NCBI GenBank assembly: GCA_963843375.1
Contig: CAWJKT010000010.1
Coordinates: forward strand, 128,001-192,000
DNA length: 64,000 bases
Source: an uncultured Pseudomonadota bacterium
GTDB taxonomy: Bacteria; Oederibacteriota; Muellerivitia; Muellerivitales; Muellerivitaceae
Reading direction: 5' to 3'
Part shown: positions 38,868 to 50,600 of the stretch, in pieces
Position numbering within the stretch: position 1 is the first letter of the stretch
Layout of the letters: every line of letters starts with the position of its first letter
Notes under the pieces: model-generated
Told to the model about the DNA's origin: nothing
Database searches by the model: none
What the model saw: the letters and a program-made list of their open reading frames with translations, nothing else
Program-made: the position numbers and the translations under genes

Positions 38868-40712
38868 ATGTCCAAAATAAAAACCCTCCCTGAAAAAGTC
38901 ATCAACCAGATCGCTGCGGGCGAAGTGGTGGAAAGGCCTTCTTCCGTCATTAAAGAGCTCATGGAAAACGCCTTGGATGCCAAAGCCACATGGATCGAAG
39001 TGGAAATTAAGGAAGGTGGCCTCAAGCTCCTTAAAGTAACTGACAACGGAGAAGGAATGACCCCGGAAGATGCATTACTATCCATTCAAAAACACGCCAC
39101 CAGTAAAATTTTCTCGGTTGATGACCTTTCGAACCTTAATACATTCGGCTTTCGTGGGGAGGCCCTGGCCAGTATCGCTTCGGTATCTCATTTTGAGTTA
39201 TCCACCCAAACCAAAGACTCGCTTTCAGGTATTTCGGTCAAGATCATGGGTGGAGGTGCTCCCAAGAGCTTCGAAACAAGCCGCCCGGTTGGGACGACCA
39301 TCACGATTGCCAATCTTTTCTTCAATACACCCGCCCGGTTAAAATTCATGAAAAAACAATCCACCGAGGAACACCATATTCACACGGTGGTAACAACTTA
39401 TGCATTAGCCTTTCCGCAGGTCGGCTTTAAATTAACGATTGATGGCAAGGAATCGCTCCAAGTTACTCCCTCTGATTTTCCCGCCCGTCTTTCCAAGATT
39501 TTCGGCAAAGAATTAGCTTCCTCATTTCTCCCGTTGGATTTCCAGGGGTCAGGTCTCAAAATCCATGGAGTAGTCAGCGCGCCCACCGTGACCAAGCCAA
39601 CCCGCGAAAACATGCTTTATTTCGTCAATCAACGTTGGATTTCCAATATCTCCCTGGGCCACGCGCTCATGACGGCTTTTCATTCACTTCTTCCCACCCG
39701 CCGGTTTCCAGTAGCTGTACTTTTCCTGGAAGTGGCGAAAGATCAGGTGGATGTAAATGTCCACCCCACCAAAAAAGAAATAAAATTCGCAAAAGATCGG
39801 GAAATATACGACGCGGTGGTCCGTTGCGTTCGCAACGCTTTACTTTCCGCCCCAGGATCATTGCAACCAAGCGGTTCAAATCCATTACCAAGTCCTTCTT
39901 TTGCCCCAAGCCATTCGAGATATCCTCACAATCCCTCCCAACCCTTTGTTTTGCCCGAAGGCACCCCAGTCTTGTCTTCCGGTCCTCCGGCCGAAACTCT
40001 CCTTGACCGAATTGCCCAAAAAATCCTTCCCGAAGGAGGCAGGCAAAGGGAAGAACATGTATCCTTTGATTCACTCGGCTTTGAAAAAACCACCTTACAA
40101 GCCCGAAGGATCGATTCACATACCCCGCTTTACAATTTCAGCCAGCTCTTTAATACCTTTATTGTTTTCCAATCCGACCAAGAAATGTTTATTGCGGACC
40201 AGCACACCGTACACGAGAGGCTTAATTACGAAAGGTTGATGAAAGCCGTTCGGGAAAGGAAACTGGAAATCCAACCTCTCTTAGTCCCCGTCACGGTTGA
40301 ATTGAGCGCCAAGGAAGCCCAAGTTCTCAAAAACAATCAAGAAATCCTGATGGAACTTGGGATGGAAGTTACGCCTTTCGGCGGAAATACTTTTTTGGTC
40401 CGTAGCGTTCCCGCTGACCTGGCGGGAAAGAACTTGGTGACCATTGTGAAAGATTTGATTGATGACTTGGCTTCCCAGGACGCTTCCGGAATCAAATCAG
40501 CTAACCGCCTAGATCAAGCCAGGGAAAGAACCGCCACCTTCATGTCTTGCCGTAGCGCCGTTATGGCGGGGGATCGCTTGAACGAAGACCAAATGAAAAG
40601 ACTTATCGATCAGATGCGCGAGGCCAACCTCCCATTTACATGCCCTCATGGAAGACCCACGATTCTTTCGATTCCTCTTTCCGACCTTTACCGGCGTTTT
40701 GATAGACACTAG
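38868..40712 (+). CDS. mutL: DNA mismatch repair endonuclease MutL
   Basis: IAAGEVVERP, GFRGEALASI, DVNVHPTK, DQHTVHER, CPHGRP. Confidence 0.97.
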   Translation: MSKIKTLPEKVINQIAAGEVVERPSSVIKELMENALDAKATWIEVEIKEGGLKLLKVTDNGEGMTPEDALLSIQKHATSKIFSVDDLSNLNTFGFRGEALASIASVSHFELSTQTKDSLSGISVKIMGGGAPKSFETSRPVGTTITIANLFFNTPARLKFMKKQSTEEHHIHTVVTTYALAFPQVGFKLTIDGKESLQVTPSDFPARLSKIFGKELASSFLPLDFQGSGLKIHGVVSAPTVTKPTRENMLYFVNQRWISNISLGHALMTAFHSLLPTRRFPVAVLFLEVAKDQVDVNVHPTKKEIKFAKDREIYDAVVRCVRNALLSAPGSLQPSGSNPLPSPSFAPSHSRYPHNPSQPFVLPEGTPVLSSGPPAETLLDRIAQKILPEGGRQREEHVSFDSLGFEKTTLQARRIDSHTPLYNFSQLFNTFIVFQSDQEMFIADQHTVHERLNYERLMKAVRERKLEIQPLLVPVTVELSAKEAQVLKNNQEILMELGMEVTPFGGNTFLVRSVPADLAGKNLVTIVKDLIDDLASQDASGIKSANRLDQARERTATFMSCRSAVMAGDRLNEDQMKRLIDQMREANLPFTCPHGRPTILSIPLSDLYRRFDRH

Positions 40713-40765
40713 GAAATTTTATAACTTAAATGTTATGTTTTAAATTCAAAGGCGACAATCCACCC

Positions 40766-41704
40766 ATGTCCGATAACTCAAACCTTATTACCTTAAAACT
40801 AAAAATGCCTATTCTGGTCGGTCCCACCGGGGTGGGTAAATCCGAGATTGCTTTTCTTTTAGCGAAACGGTTGAAAGCCGAAATCATTTCAGCGGACGCC
40901 TTTCAAGTCTATCGGGGCTTAGAAGTGGGAACAGCCCAACCCTTAAAAGAATGGCAAAAAGAAATCCCTCATCATTTAATCGGAACTAGGGATCCCGGGG
41001 AAAATTGGAACGCCGTGGAGTTTGCCCGGGAGGCAAAAAAAATAATAGATCACCACTTGAACCTGGGAAAGTCTTTAATATTGGTGGGGGGAGCTGGTTT
41101 TTACATTCGAGCCTTGGTGGAAGGGCCTCCCGGCGGAAATTCTCCCCGACCTGAACTCCGGTCCTTTGTCCAAGAAAAAGTAAAGGAATTGGGAAATGAA
41201 AAGGCCCTAGCGTGGCTTCGGGAAAAAGATTCTGCCGCCGGGGAACGTCTTCATGTAAATGATATTCAAAGGATTTGCAGGGCCTTGGAAAAAACCTTTG
41301 AAACAGATGTAACGAAAATGGATTACATACCTATCGGGGCAGAAAATGTTTTGTTTTTTGGTTTTGAAAAGTCCAGGGATAAACTGGATGAACTCCTGCG
41401 GATCCGGAGCGAATCTATGTGGCGGCGCGGTTTACTGAACGAGGCCAAAAAACTCATGGAATCGGGATTGCCTTCGGATCATCCTATTTGGGGAACAATT
41501 GGTTATTCCGAAGCCGTTTTGTTTTTGAAAAACCAGCTTTCAGAATCACAAGCCTTAGAAAATATCTTTAGGAGAACGCGCCGGTATGCCAAAAGACAAT
41601 TGACTTGGTTCAAGCACCAACATAAAGTTCAGTGGTTGAATTTGGATGATTTTTCAGGGCCGTCCGACATCGTTGATATTTTGGAAAAAAAAATAAAAAC
41701 TTAA
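40766..41704 (+). CDS. miaA: tRNA dimethylallyltransferase
   Basis: GPTGVGKS, IISAD..QVY, TRRYAKRQLTWF; after mutL; start uncertain. Confidence 0.93.
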   Translation: MSDNSNLITLKLKMPILVGPTGVGKSEIAFLLAKRLKAEIISADAFQVYRGLEVGTAQPLKEWQKEIPHHLIGTRDPGENWNAVEFAREAKKIIDHHLNLGKSLILVGGAGFYIRALVEGPPGGNSPRPELRSFVQEKVKELGNEKALAWLREKDSAAGERLHVNDIQRICRALEKTFETDVTKMDYIPIGAENVLFFGFEKSRDKLDELLRIRSESMWRRGLLNEAKKLMESGLPSDHPIWGTIGYSEAVLFLKNQLSESQALENIFRRTRRYAKRQLTWFKHQHKVQWLNLDDFSGPSDIVDILEKKIKT

Positions 41705-41717
41705 AAGTGAGCTTAAA

Positions 41718-42161
41718 TTGCAAACCATTCGAATAAGGGTCGCCGGAATCCTTCTCAAAAACGACAAAATACTCCTTGTGCGCCACGAAAAAAACGGAAA
41801 AAGCTATTGGCTTCTTCCCGGCGGAGGAATTGAATTTGGGGAGAGCGCCGAAGAAGCGCTCATCCGTGAATTCCAGGAAGAAGTTGGACTTGCCATCAAG
41901 ATAGGCAAGCTGGTTTTGGTTCACGATTCCATTCCGCCAAACCGACACCGTCAGGTCTTAAATCTTTACTTCACCTCATCCTCGGAAATGTTCGATATCC
42001 ACGTGACACCTGATTCGGTATTGCGGGACGCCGCTTTTTATCCACTCTCCGAGTTCCGCCAAATGATGGTGAATCCCGATGTTAAACAGGAAATTTTGGA
42101 TGGCATTCAATCCGACTGGTCAGGCGGCTGCCGTTATCTCGGGAATCGGTGGAAGGATTAA
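41718..42161 (+). CDS. NUDIX hydrolase
   Basis: GGGIEFGESAEEALIREFQEEVGL Nudix box. Confidence 0.9.
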   Translation: MQTIRIRVAGILLKNDKILLVRHEKNGKSYWLLPGGGIEFGESAEEALIREFQEEVGLAIKIGKLVLVHDSIPPNRHRQVLNLYFTSSSEMFDIHVTPDSVLRDAAFYPLSEFRQMMVNPDVKQEILDGIQSDWSGGCRYLGNRWKD

Positions 42162-42286
42162 GGACTAAAGATTCCTGAGTTTTCTTGGGGGTTTGAACAT
42201 TTCTTTATATACTATCCGGCGGACCAATGAGGGTTTCTTCCGGCAAGTGGCAAAGCCGGTATTTTTCCAGGATAGGGAGGCTCGCC

Positions 42287-43168
42287 GTGAAAAAACACGC
42301 GTCACTGCTTTTATCCGGTTTATTATTGCTGTTTCCAGGTGTTCCCCAAGCCTTAACCGACAGTGAAATTCAAGATCGCAAGGAAATCGCCCAAGTTTGG
42401 GTGGACCGCCATAACGCCAGTCTTACCACGGATGTTCAGCGATTCATTAAGCAAATTAGGGCTAAAAAACACCGCTTCACTATCCCCTCATGGCACAAAC
42501 ACACGGTTCATTTAAGACGGCTGCGTTTGGACATGGCTACCCGCTGGGGAGTTGCTCAAGAAACTAAAAGCCACGATGGCGCTATAGTTCCGCTGATTGC
42601 CCTTTATTTTTCCCAAGCCGGAACCGAAAAGTTTTTAACCGCCGACTATGCGGATGAATTGGACAAACTCCATTCCAGTTCGGATATTTATATTAAAATC
42701 GGCCTTCAATACAAACTTCTCTTTCACGGGGAGGGTTATCCTGGATGCGCCCGTTTGATCACCCTGGGTAAAACATCACCTTACTTTTTTGAAGTTGGCG
42801 TCTTTGGAGGGGGAACCCGTGTTGATAAGACTTTTTATCGCCTGGACACGGACGCTCTCAAAGGCAAAGAGGACCAGCTATTCGACCATCCCGAACTCAT
42901 TGATGTTCAGAAGTACGTCAAAGAAGAGCTAAAGGTTAATAATTGGTTGGAGGGATATACCCTCTATCAGGATTTGAGCAAAGATGGAAACCTCGAAATA
43001 GTTAATAGCACCGATGTCTACTACCCCGATGACTTAAAAACCAGGGTTAAGGATCGTTACAATATGGTCGACAATGATTTCGGCATGGCCTTCAGGCAAA
43101 CAGTTTCAATTTACCAGTGGAACAATACCAAAGCCAAGTTCGAGGACCTGGGCGATTACTATTATTGA
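42287..43168 (+). CDS. Hypothetical exported protein
   Basis: GTG after GGGAGG; signal peptide; DLSKDGNLEI Ca-loop-like motif. Confidence 0.55.
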   Translation: MKKHASLLLSGLLLLFPGVPQALTDSEIQDRKEIAQVWVDRHNASLTTDVQRFIKQIRAKKHRFTIPSWHKHTVHLRRLRLDMATRWGVAQETKSHDGAIVPLIALYFSQAGTEKFLTADYADELDKLHSSSDIYIKIGLQYKLLFHGEGYPGCARLITLGKTSPYFFEVGVFGGGTRVDKTFYRLDTDALKGKEDQLFDHPELIDVQKYVKEELKVNNWLEGYTLYQDLSKDGNLEIVNSTDVYYPDDLKTRVKDRYNMVDNDFGMAFRQTVSIYQWNNTKAKFEDLGDYYY

Positions 43169-43303
43169 CCCGTCGAATAAAAGCTTTCGGTTTTCTGATC
43201 GACATATCCAATAATTCCATTAAAAAGATGTGAAGACTTATTTTGAAATTCTAAAAATATTAATAAGGTCGAATTTCAAACTACCTTATGCCTCCGTGAT
43301 GAA

Positions 43304-44677
43304 ATGGGTTTTGAAATGATTTCTAAAGTCTTTTCCGCTTTTATCTTTCCTTTATGTTTCTTTTGGGTTGCACTTCCTTCCCATGCCTATCAAATTCTTT
43401 TTTATTACAATAGTTCCGATGGAACTGAGGGTGGCCTTTTGGAATGCGTGAATATCCTTCGCGCCGGGGGAAATCACGTCACAACCATTGACGTCAAAAA
43501 CGAAAACCGGGACCCAACCGGGGATAATTGGGGAGCCCCTTACGACCAGGTTTGGGACATGCGATTTATCGATCGTGATACCCATTCCTGTGGAGAAGGA
43601 TTGCCCGGTTCCGCCGATTACTTTGATGACCACTGGCGCAAAAAAGCTATATTCTTCCTGAATCATTGCGGCAAATTATTCATTGCTGCCGAACATTATC
43701 AACTAGGAGACAGGGATGAGGGTCTTTATCGGTTTTTAAAGGAAATTGGCGCTGTTAAAAACACTTATGACTCCTGTCCACCCTCCCCGAGTGGAAATAG
43801 CACAACCGATGGGGCGGCTTTTTATCCGGTCCATCACGGACTGGGTCCAACTTCCTTCTTCGGTGCTTTTGTCGGCGGGATTCCACTTGCCCAATTGACG
43901 GGGGAGAACTTCGTGGATACCGGCGAGGATTGGGAAGGGGATGACCAGGTCGACCGGTCGATTGTCTCAGGATGGAAGGGGGCTCAGTTGGGTGAACTTA
44001 TTCACCCTCCTTCCTGCGGCGACGAAAGGCTGTTCATGGTTTGGGATGCCACTATGTGGACCCTTTGGCAACCCGGGATGGAGCAGCAAAACCAACCGGA
44101 TGGACCCATTTGGGACGAATCCGGTTGGTTTTCCTACAACGCCGACGGAACCGCAAAGGGAAACATCCGTGATTTTGTGAAGGCCAAAATTGTAACCCGC
44201 AAATTTTTTCCTGCCATTGCTAACTGGCTCGGGGAAAGAATAAATTGCCCTTGTGCCGAAACGGGCAATCGACTCCCGGGTTTATCCACCCAACCCACAG
44301 GAACCCCTTCCATGAACATCCCTCTTTCAATTCCACCAGCTCAGAGCCGTTTAGCCGCCGACAATCGAACAGCTACGATCATTCCTCCATCGAATCTCAA
44401 TGCTCCTTCCACCATAATGTTCAATTCTCTTCCAGTTAATATCTATATGCTTTTCCTAGATGGCATCGGAACTTACCAGTTGGAAATAAGGTCAGGGCAG
44501 GATAGGCCGATAAAAATCATTTATGAAAAAACCATTTCAACCCAAAAGGACGATTGGGCCTCTTGGGACGGAACCAATGGGGAAGGAAAAACCATGGGCT
44601 TGGGAACCTATTATGCGATTCTTTCTAAAGACGGCCGGATATTGCGAAAAATCGCCTTAACCTGGGTTAACCCCTAA
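43304..44677 (+). CDS. Exported protein with C-terminal FlgD-Ig-like domain
   Basis: Signal peptide; C-terminal SWDGTNGEGKTMGLGTYY. Confidence 0.6.
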   Translation: MGFEMISKVFSAFIFPLCFFWVALPSHAYQILFYYNSSDGTEGGLLECVNILRAGGNHVTTIDVKNENRDPTGDNWGAPYDQVWDMRFIDRDTHSCGEGLPGSADYFDDHWRKKAIFFLNHCGKLFIAAEHYQLGDRDEGLYRFLKEIGAVKNTYDSCPPSPSGNSTTDGAAFYPVHHGLGPTSFFGAFVGGIPLAQLTGENFVDTGEDWEGDDQVDRSIVSGWKGAQLGELIHPPSCGDERLFMVWDATMWTLWQPGMEQQNQPDGPIWDESGWFSYNADGTAKGNIRDFVKAKIVTRKFFPAIANWLGERINCPCAETGNRLPGLSTQPTGTPSMNIPLSIPPAQSRLAADNRTATIIPPSNLNAPSTIMFNSLPVNIYMLFLDGIGTYQLEIRSGQDRPIKIIYEKTISTQKDDWASWDGTNGEGKTMGLGTYYAILSKDGRILRKIALTWVNP

Positions 44678-44735
44678 AGACATCAAACTTCTTGATATTG
44701 CATCGGTTTTAGCGGTCTGTTACCATAGCTTTTCC

Positions 44736-45716
44736 ATGAAACTCGCCCCAAACCCGGTGATTGAACCACCTAAAAAAAACAAGACTATTCTTTATGTCGT
44801 AATTATTTTTGGTGGTTTTTTCGTTTTCAGCTTTATTTTTTTGGTTATTGCGATCCAACACTTATTCGGTAAAACAGGTGCCGGCTCATTGCTTTCCTCA
44901 AGTAGCGAAATATCCCTCATTGAAATCGAAGGGCCGATTTATCAAAGTGACGATCTTGTACGTCTGATCAAACATTTCCGAAAAAGTTCCCAAAAAGCTT
45001 TAATCCTTCGACTGGACAGTCCAGGTGGGGTGGTGGCGCCTTCCCAAGAAATTTATTCCGAAATTTTAAGCGCTCGTCAGGATAAAAAAATTGTGGTGGC
45101 CAGTATGGCGAGCCTGGCAGCCTCTGGAGCCTATTACATTGCATCAGCTTGCGACAAAATCGTTGCAAATCCTGGAACTTTAACTGGATCCATTGGTGTC
45201 ATTTGGCATGTCCCCGAGGCTTCTGGACTATTCAAAAAAGTGGGCTTGAACTACCAAACCATTAAAAGTGGGAAATTCAAAGATACTGGTTCGATGGATC
45301 GACCCATGACCCCGCAAGAAAAGCAATATGTTCAAGAAACGATTAATGAAGTTTTTGAGCAATTTTTAGACGCCGTAATCCAAGGACGAAGGGAGGCCTT
45401 TCAAAACCATATGGCAAAAGGCTTAGGTAAAAAACCTCAAGATATAACCGACCTTGAAATCAAAAATTATATTCTTCCATATGCGGATGGGCGTGTTTTA
45501 ACAGGAGAAAAGGCGTTTGAGTTGGGCTTTGTTGATCAACTGGGCAATTACGAAGATGCGGTTCGATTGACGGCCGATTTAGCCGGAATAAAGGGCGAGC
45601 CAACCGTTCGTTTTGACAGTCCGGCTCGATTTGAACAATACCTTAAAGGCTTATTGCCCTTTTCCATTTTCTCAAAATGGGACGGGCAAAATTTATTGGA
45701 ATATAGGGCTTTTTAA
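44736..45716 (+). CDS. sppA: Signal peptide peptidase SppA (36K type)
   Basis: LDSPGG, AASGAYY, TGSIGV, KSGKFKD. Confidence 0.92.
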   Translation: MKLAPNPVIEPPKKNKTILYVVIIFGGFFVFSFIFLVIAIQHLFGKTGAGSLLSSSSEISLIEIEGPIYQSDDLVRLIKHFRKSSQKALILRLDSPGGVVAPSQEIYSEILSARQDKKIVVASMASLAASGAYYIASACDKIVANPGTLTGSIGVIWHVPEASGLFKKVGLNYQTIKSGKFKDTGSMDRPMTPQEKQYVQETINEVFEQFLDAVIQGRREAFQNHMAKGLGKKPQDITDLEIKNYILPYADGRVLTGEKAFELGFVDQLGNYEDAVRLTADLAGIKGEPTVRFDSPARFEQYLKGLLPFSIFSKWDGQNLLEYRAF

Positions 45717-45760
45717 CTCGGGTTATTTTTTAATTGATAATCGATCCAAGGGAGGCTTCA

Positions 45761-47653
45761 GTGGCCGAAACAATCAATCCATCACCTAATGCTCCGGTTG
45801 TCCCAGCGGCTCCCGATCCCATTCCAGCAGCACCGGGTTCCCCCGCAAAACCCAAAGTCAAATCCCAGTGGCTAAATAAACTGTTAAAAATGATGACCAC
45901 TACAACTTTTTTAATTCTGGGAATGGCTTTTATTATTCTGAGTTTACTTGTTAAATTTCATCCCGCCGTGATCCCTTCTTTTTTGCAACCCACCCTGGAT
46001 CAAATTTTTAAACACTTAACTTATTTTATTATTGGAATTGGCTTTTTCTTTTTGGCATTGGCCAGAAGCATGGCTTCCCAGGAATACACCTCCGCAAGTA
46101 AAAAAACCAAAAACTATTCCCACTCCTGGAAGATTCCCTTGATTTCAGCCCAGGCTTTTTTCTTTTACGTAGCCTGTTTTTACTCATTTTTGGTTGCCTT
46201 TGGCGGCGCCAAACCCATCACGAACCTCATGAGCCTTGTTTTTCTTTTGTTCCTTTTCTCCCTTTACGTTTTATGGTATCTCGTGGCGCATGCCACGAAC
46301 CGCTTGCCGGCTCTCGCAGGGCTCCGAATGGCCATCGTTGCTCTTATTCTGGCCGGTCTTTCTTGTTCTCTTTGGGTTTTGGCTCAAATGGTATTTCCAA
46401 GCCTGTTAGTTGGATCTCTAGCCTTGATAGCGATCTTAATCAGCGTGCTTATAAAAGTTAAGGGAGTCGAGGAAATTCTCCCTTGGCCCAAAATAACCTG
46501 TTTAGTCATTGCGGTGATTTTATTAGCCCATGTGGGTTGGCATGCCTTGCCTTTCTCAAATCCACAGGCCAACTTGGTTGGATTGATTCCAACCTCTCAA
46601 GGTCACAAAGGCACCATTACCTCGTTGAATTATTTTCAAAACGAAGCAAAACCGGATGATATTAAAATTGCAATTTCGCAAAAAGATTCCGAAGGCTGGA
46701 CACTTCAAGTGGAGGACCTAAACCAGAATCCCGAGATCCCGACACTTCCATCGTTTAAAGTTTCTGCGGGAGAGCAAGATTTTCGTTCGATTTTCGTGCA
46801 ACATGGAAACTTTCTCTTAATAGATGAAGTGAAAAATGGACAACGGGGCATTTGGAAAGTTAACGCCACTACCGGGAGATCAACGCCCTTAAAGATACAA
46901 GGTATCCAACCCATTGAGGACGGGGTGCCTTGGTCCGATAAAAATGGTCAGCTACTTTTTGTCACACAAAACGGCGGAAGGTATCAATTAAAAGTCTGGA
47001 CCCTCGCTACAGGAAAATCGAAACTACTTTTAACCTCCGAAAACCCCATTCATACTCCTTCTTGGGTTAATATCGAAAATCCCCAAAACACCCCATCTTG
47101 GTCCAAACATGACGAAGAAATCGCCTATGCGGATGGGGTCCACGGTTTGTTTTATGTTCTTAATTTGAGGACGAATCAAAAGGAATTATTAAAATCAGAT
47201 TTGGAGAAAATGGAAGGACCCAAATTCTCTCCGACTGGAACCGTACTAAAAGTCATCCCCTCCCCAGACAGTTTCCGGTATCTTTATCTAACCCAAAAAG
47301 AGAATAAGAGTATTATTTCGATTGTTCGCAATGACGGAACAAGGCGGGATAAATTATACGAAACCACCGCATCCATAGGCTCCCTGGCATGGCACCCGGA
47401 TTCACAACAAATCATTTTCGAAGAAAAACGTGAGGGCTTGTGGCAAAGTATGGATCTTGGGTTTTTAGGATCATTTACCAACATTAAACTTTTGGACGCG
47501 AATCTTGGAACAGTCGTGAACCTTATTCCTGCGCAAATCTCAAATCATTCACCCGCGATTTCCCCCGACGGAGCCAAGCTTGCCTTTGTCGCGAGCGAGG
47601 GATTATGGTATCCCTCATTCGGCCATTGTATTTGGGTTGCGCTTCTCCGGTAA
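45761..47653 (+). CDS. Multi-TM protein with C-terminal TolB/PD40-like propeller
   Basis: About 7 TM segments, then PSW, WHPDSQ and ISPDGAKLAF repeats. Confidence 0.65.
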   Translation: MAETINPSPNAPVVPAAPDPIPAAPGSPAKPKVKSQWLNKLLKMMTTTTFLILGMAFIILSLLVKFHPAVIPSFLQPTLDQIFKHLTYFIIGIGFFFLALARSMASQEYTSASKKTKNYSHSWKIPLISAQAFFFYVACFYSFLVAFGGAKPITNLMSLVFLLFLFSLYVLWYLVAHATNRLPALAGLRMAIVALILAGLSCSLWVLAQMVFPSLLVGSLALIAILISVLIKVKGVEEILPWPKITCLVIAVILLAHVGWHALPFSNPQANLVGLIPTSQGHKGTITSLNYFQNEAKPDDIKIAISQKDSEGWTLQVEDLNQNPEIPTLPSFKVSAGEQDFRSIFVQHGNFLLIDEVKNGQRGIWKVNATTGRSTPLKIQGIQPIEDGVPWSDKNGQLLFVTQNGGRYQLKVWTLATGKSKLLLTSENPIHTPSWVNIENPQNTPSWSKHDEEIAYADGVHGLFYVLNLRTNQKELLKSDLEKMEGPKFSPTGTVLKVIPSPDSFRYLYLTQKENKSIISIVRNDGTRRDKLYETTASIGSLAWHPDSQQIIFEEKREGLWQSMDLGFLGSFTNIKLLDANLGTVVNLIPAQISNHSPAISPDGAKLAFVASEGLWYPSFGHCIWVALLR

Positions 47654-47681
47654 TTTACTGTTCGCCCTTTGAAGGGTTTGT

Positions 47682-50600
47682 ATGAAGTTTTTTTCCCAGA
47701 TCCTGCTCATTCGGTTTCTTTTTTCTTTCCTTTTATTTTTATTTGTTGTCGGATCGAAAGCCCAAGACCTGGGTTTCGGGCCCAATAAGGTCCGGTACCA
47801 CGCCGATCATCATTGGAAAATCCTCGAAACCGCGCATTTTCAAGTTTATTATCTACGATAAATGCGAAGTACTTACACAAACTGCGGCGGATGACGCCGA
47901 AAAAGCTTTCTTAAAAACCTGCCAAGCCTTTAATTTTGTTCCCCGAACCAAAATCCCATTATTTGTTTATGCTACGCCTATGGAATTCGAGGAAACCAAT
48001 ATCACGCCCGAAATATTACAAGAAGCCGTAGGTGGTTTTACCGAAGTGTTTAAAAACCGGATCGCCGTTCCTATGGATGGTTCCTATCACGAATTCGAAA
48101 AAGTTATTCATCATGAATTGACCCATGCCTTCCAATACGATTTGATCTATGGGGAAGGATGGAGGTCGGTCAATTTATTCAAAGCCGTTTTCGTTCCCAA
48201 TGGATGATGGAAGGAATGGCGGAGTGGAACGCCCAACATCTTGGATGGTCAAGGCGAAATGGTTTTAAGGGATGCAATCCTAAATGACCAAGTGATGCCC
48301 CTCAATCTGATGGAATCTTTCGATCATTTTGAGCAAGTTTATATTGCTTATAAAGAATCCCAGAGCCTATTGGATTATGTCACCCAGGTTTACGGGGAGG
48401 GAAGAGTAGTCCAAATTTTCAAGCGAATGGCGGCAAACCAGCCTCCGGATACCGCCATTAAAAACGTTTTAGGGATTTCCCTTAACGATCTTTACAACAA
48501 TTGGCATTTTTATATGAAATCGCAAACTTGGTCAAAAATCAGTGGAATGCCGGTGCCGGAACGTTACGGCGAATGCCTGGAAAAAGACGTCTTCAAGTCA
48601 ACTGTCTCTCCTGATGGAAAAGAAATCGCAATCCTCAAAAACGAGGAGTTGGATTTATATGATGTGGCAACGAAAAAAAAGAGGAAAATCTTAAATCGTC
48701 ATTTCGGAATACAAGGGTCTGGCTTGGCTTGGTCTCCGGATGGAAATTTCCTGGCATTTACCGCCAGCCAGGAAGGGGAGTATGGACTTTACAAATTGGA
48801 AATGAAAAATCTTCACCTTTCGGAATGTCCCTTAACCGGGCTTCCAATGGTTTACTCCCCAACCTGGTCACCCGATCAGCGGTATATCATTTTTTCGGGA
48901 TTCGACTATAAAACGGTTGATTTATACCGATACGAATTGGCTACAAAACATGTAGACCGTTTGACAGACAATCAAGCAAGTGAATCTTGGGCTTCTTATT
49001 CCGTGGATCAAAAATCTCTTTATTATTTATCCGAAGAGGATGGAAATACCCAAATAAATAAGTCACTTTGGGAGATAATGGATTACCCCGAGGCCAGCCT
49101 ATTGACGATCGGTAAAGAACTCGGAACGATTTCCTGTTTTCGAGTTACGAAAAAATGCGATCTATTTCACCTCAAATCGGGATAAAGGAATTTTTAACTT
49201 GTATAAAATGAGTCTCGATGGCGACTCCTTAATCCAATTAACCCATACTTTTGCAGACATTTTAAATGTTTCTCCATCCCCGGATGAGTCGGTTTTTTAT
49301 GCAACTCTTTATCAACATTCCAAAGAAAATCTTTATGCCTGTCCAGCGGAAAAGTTGGAAAAAAACGAAAACCCCCCCTTCAATTTAAAATATATCGCTA
49401 ACTCGTTTGAAATCGCGGGTAAAATTCTCCCTGAAACTGCCTCAAAAGACACCGTTAATGATTTTGAGATACCCCTTAACTCCGACCATGATCGGGACGA
49501 ACCAGAAGTCGTCAGGAATAAAAAACCGCCGACCCAACCCCCCGCCGTTGTCACCCATTTGGAAGTATCGGAAGCAACAAACCTCGTCCAACTTCAATGG
49601 CCCGCTCTCAAATGCCGAAACGGATTCGGTTGATAGTTACAAAATTTATCGATCTACTTCAGCTGGCGCAAGATTTGCCTATCTCGCCACAACCTCCAAC
49701 ACAAAACAAGGGCGATATGTGGATTATGACGTTCAAAACAACGGAACTTATTTTTATTACGTAACCGCAGTTAATAAAATGGGGGAGAGCGATCCATCTC
49801 CCATCGCCGAAGTTCACCCCTCCTTTAAAATGACTTCGCACGATTATCAATTAACCCTCTCACCCGACATTCTTCTTTTTTTGGCGGGGTATGACAGTTC
49901 TTTTGGATTTGTCGGAGGAGGAATCGCCCAAATGAGCGATTATTTAGGCGATCAGCAATTGGGCATATCTAGGTGACACCATTCCCGGAGTCCAAACGGG
50001 AATCCAGGCAGATTATGAGTTTTCTCAATGGCGGACAACGGTTGATTTGGATTTTTTTTATTATCAAAATTATTTTAACATTTACGATCTTCAAACCGGC
50101 GACATCGTTAATGAATACCGAAACAACGAAAATGGATTTTCACTGAATTTCAGTTATCCGATCAATACCAGCACCCGGGTTGAATATGGGGTGGGAACAC
50201 AGCGGTTTTTAGGAAGTCCCATTTATCTTCAGTTTTCGGAAGGAATATCTAATTATTCCCTTAACACCGATCAATGGAATGTGGCAAATTACTATCGACT
50301 CTCTTTTGTTCAAGACAAAAGAAAAGGAACCCAATTTTGGCCCAGCAGTGGTTACGCCTTAAATTTCACGCTTTTACACGCCTTGCCTGTTTTGGACTCG
50401 AATGTTTCGTTTGCCAATCTGCTTTTTGAAACACAGACTTTTGCCGACATCAGTTTTTTAAACCATTTAATTTGGGCAAATCGTTTCATCGCCATGACAT
50501 CCCAAGGCCCAAATCCCCAGACTTTCTTCATTGGAGACGACGCCCCCTTCCAGGCTTATTTCACGACCATCCGAGGTTATGGAGCGAGTACGTTTTTCGG

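Noticed and set aside
43781..48401. KOPS (GGGNAGGG) polarity toward the dif-like site
   Set aside because: Both orientations occur on the same side of the site (CCCTCCCC at 43781 and 47258; GGGGAGGG at 48394), so no polarity was seen.
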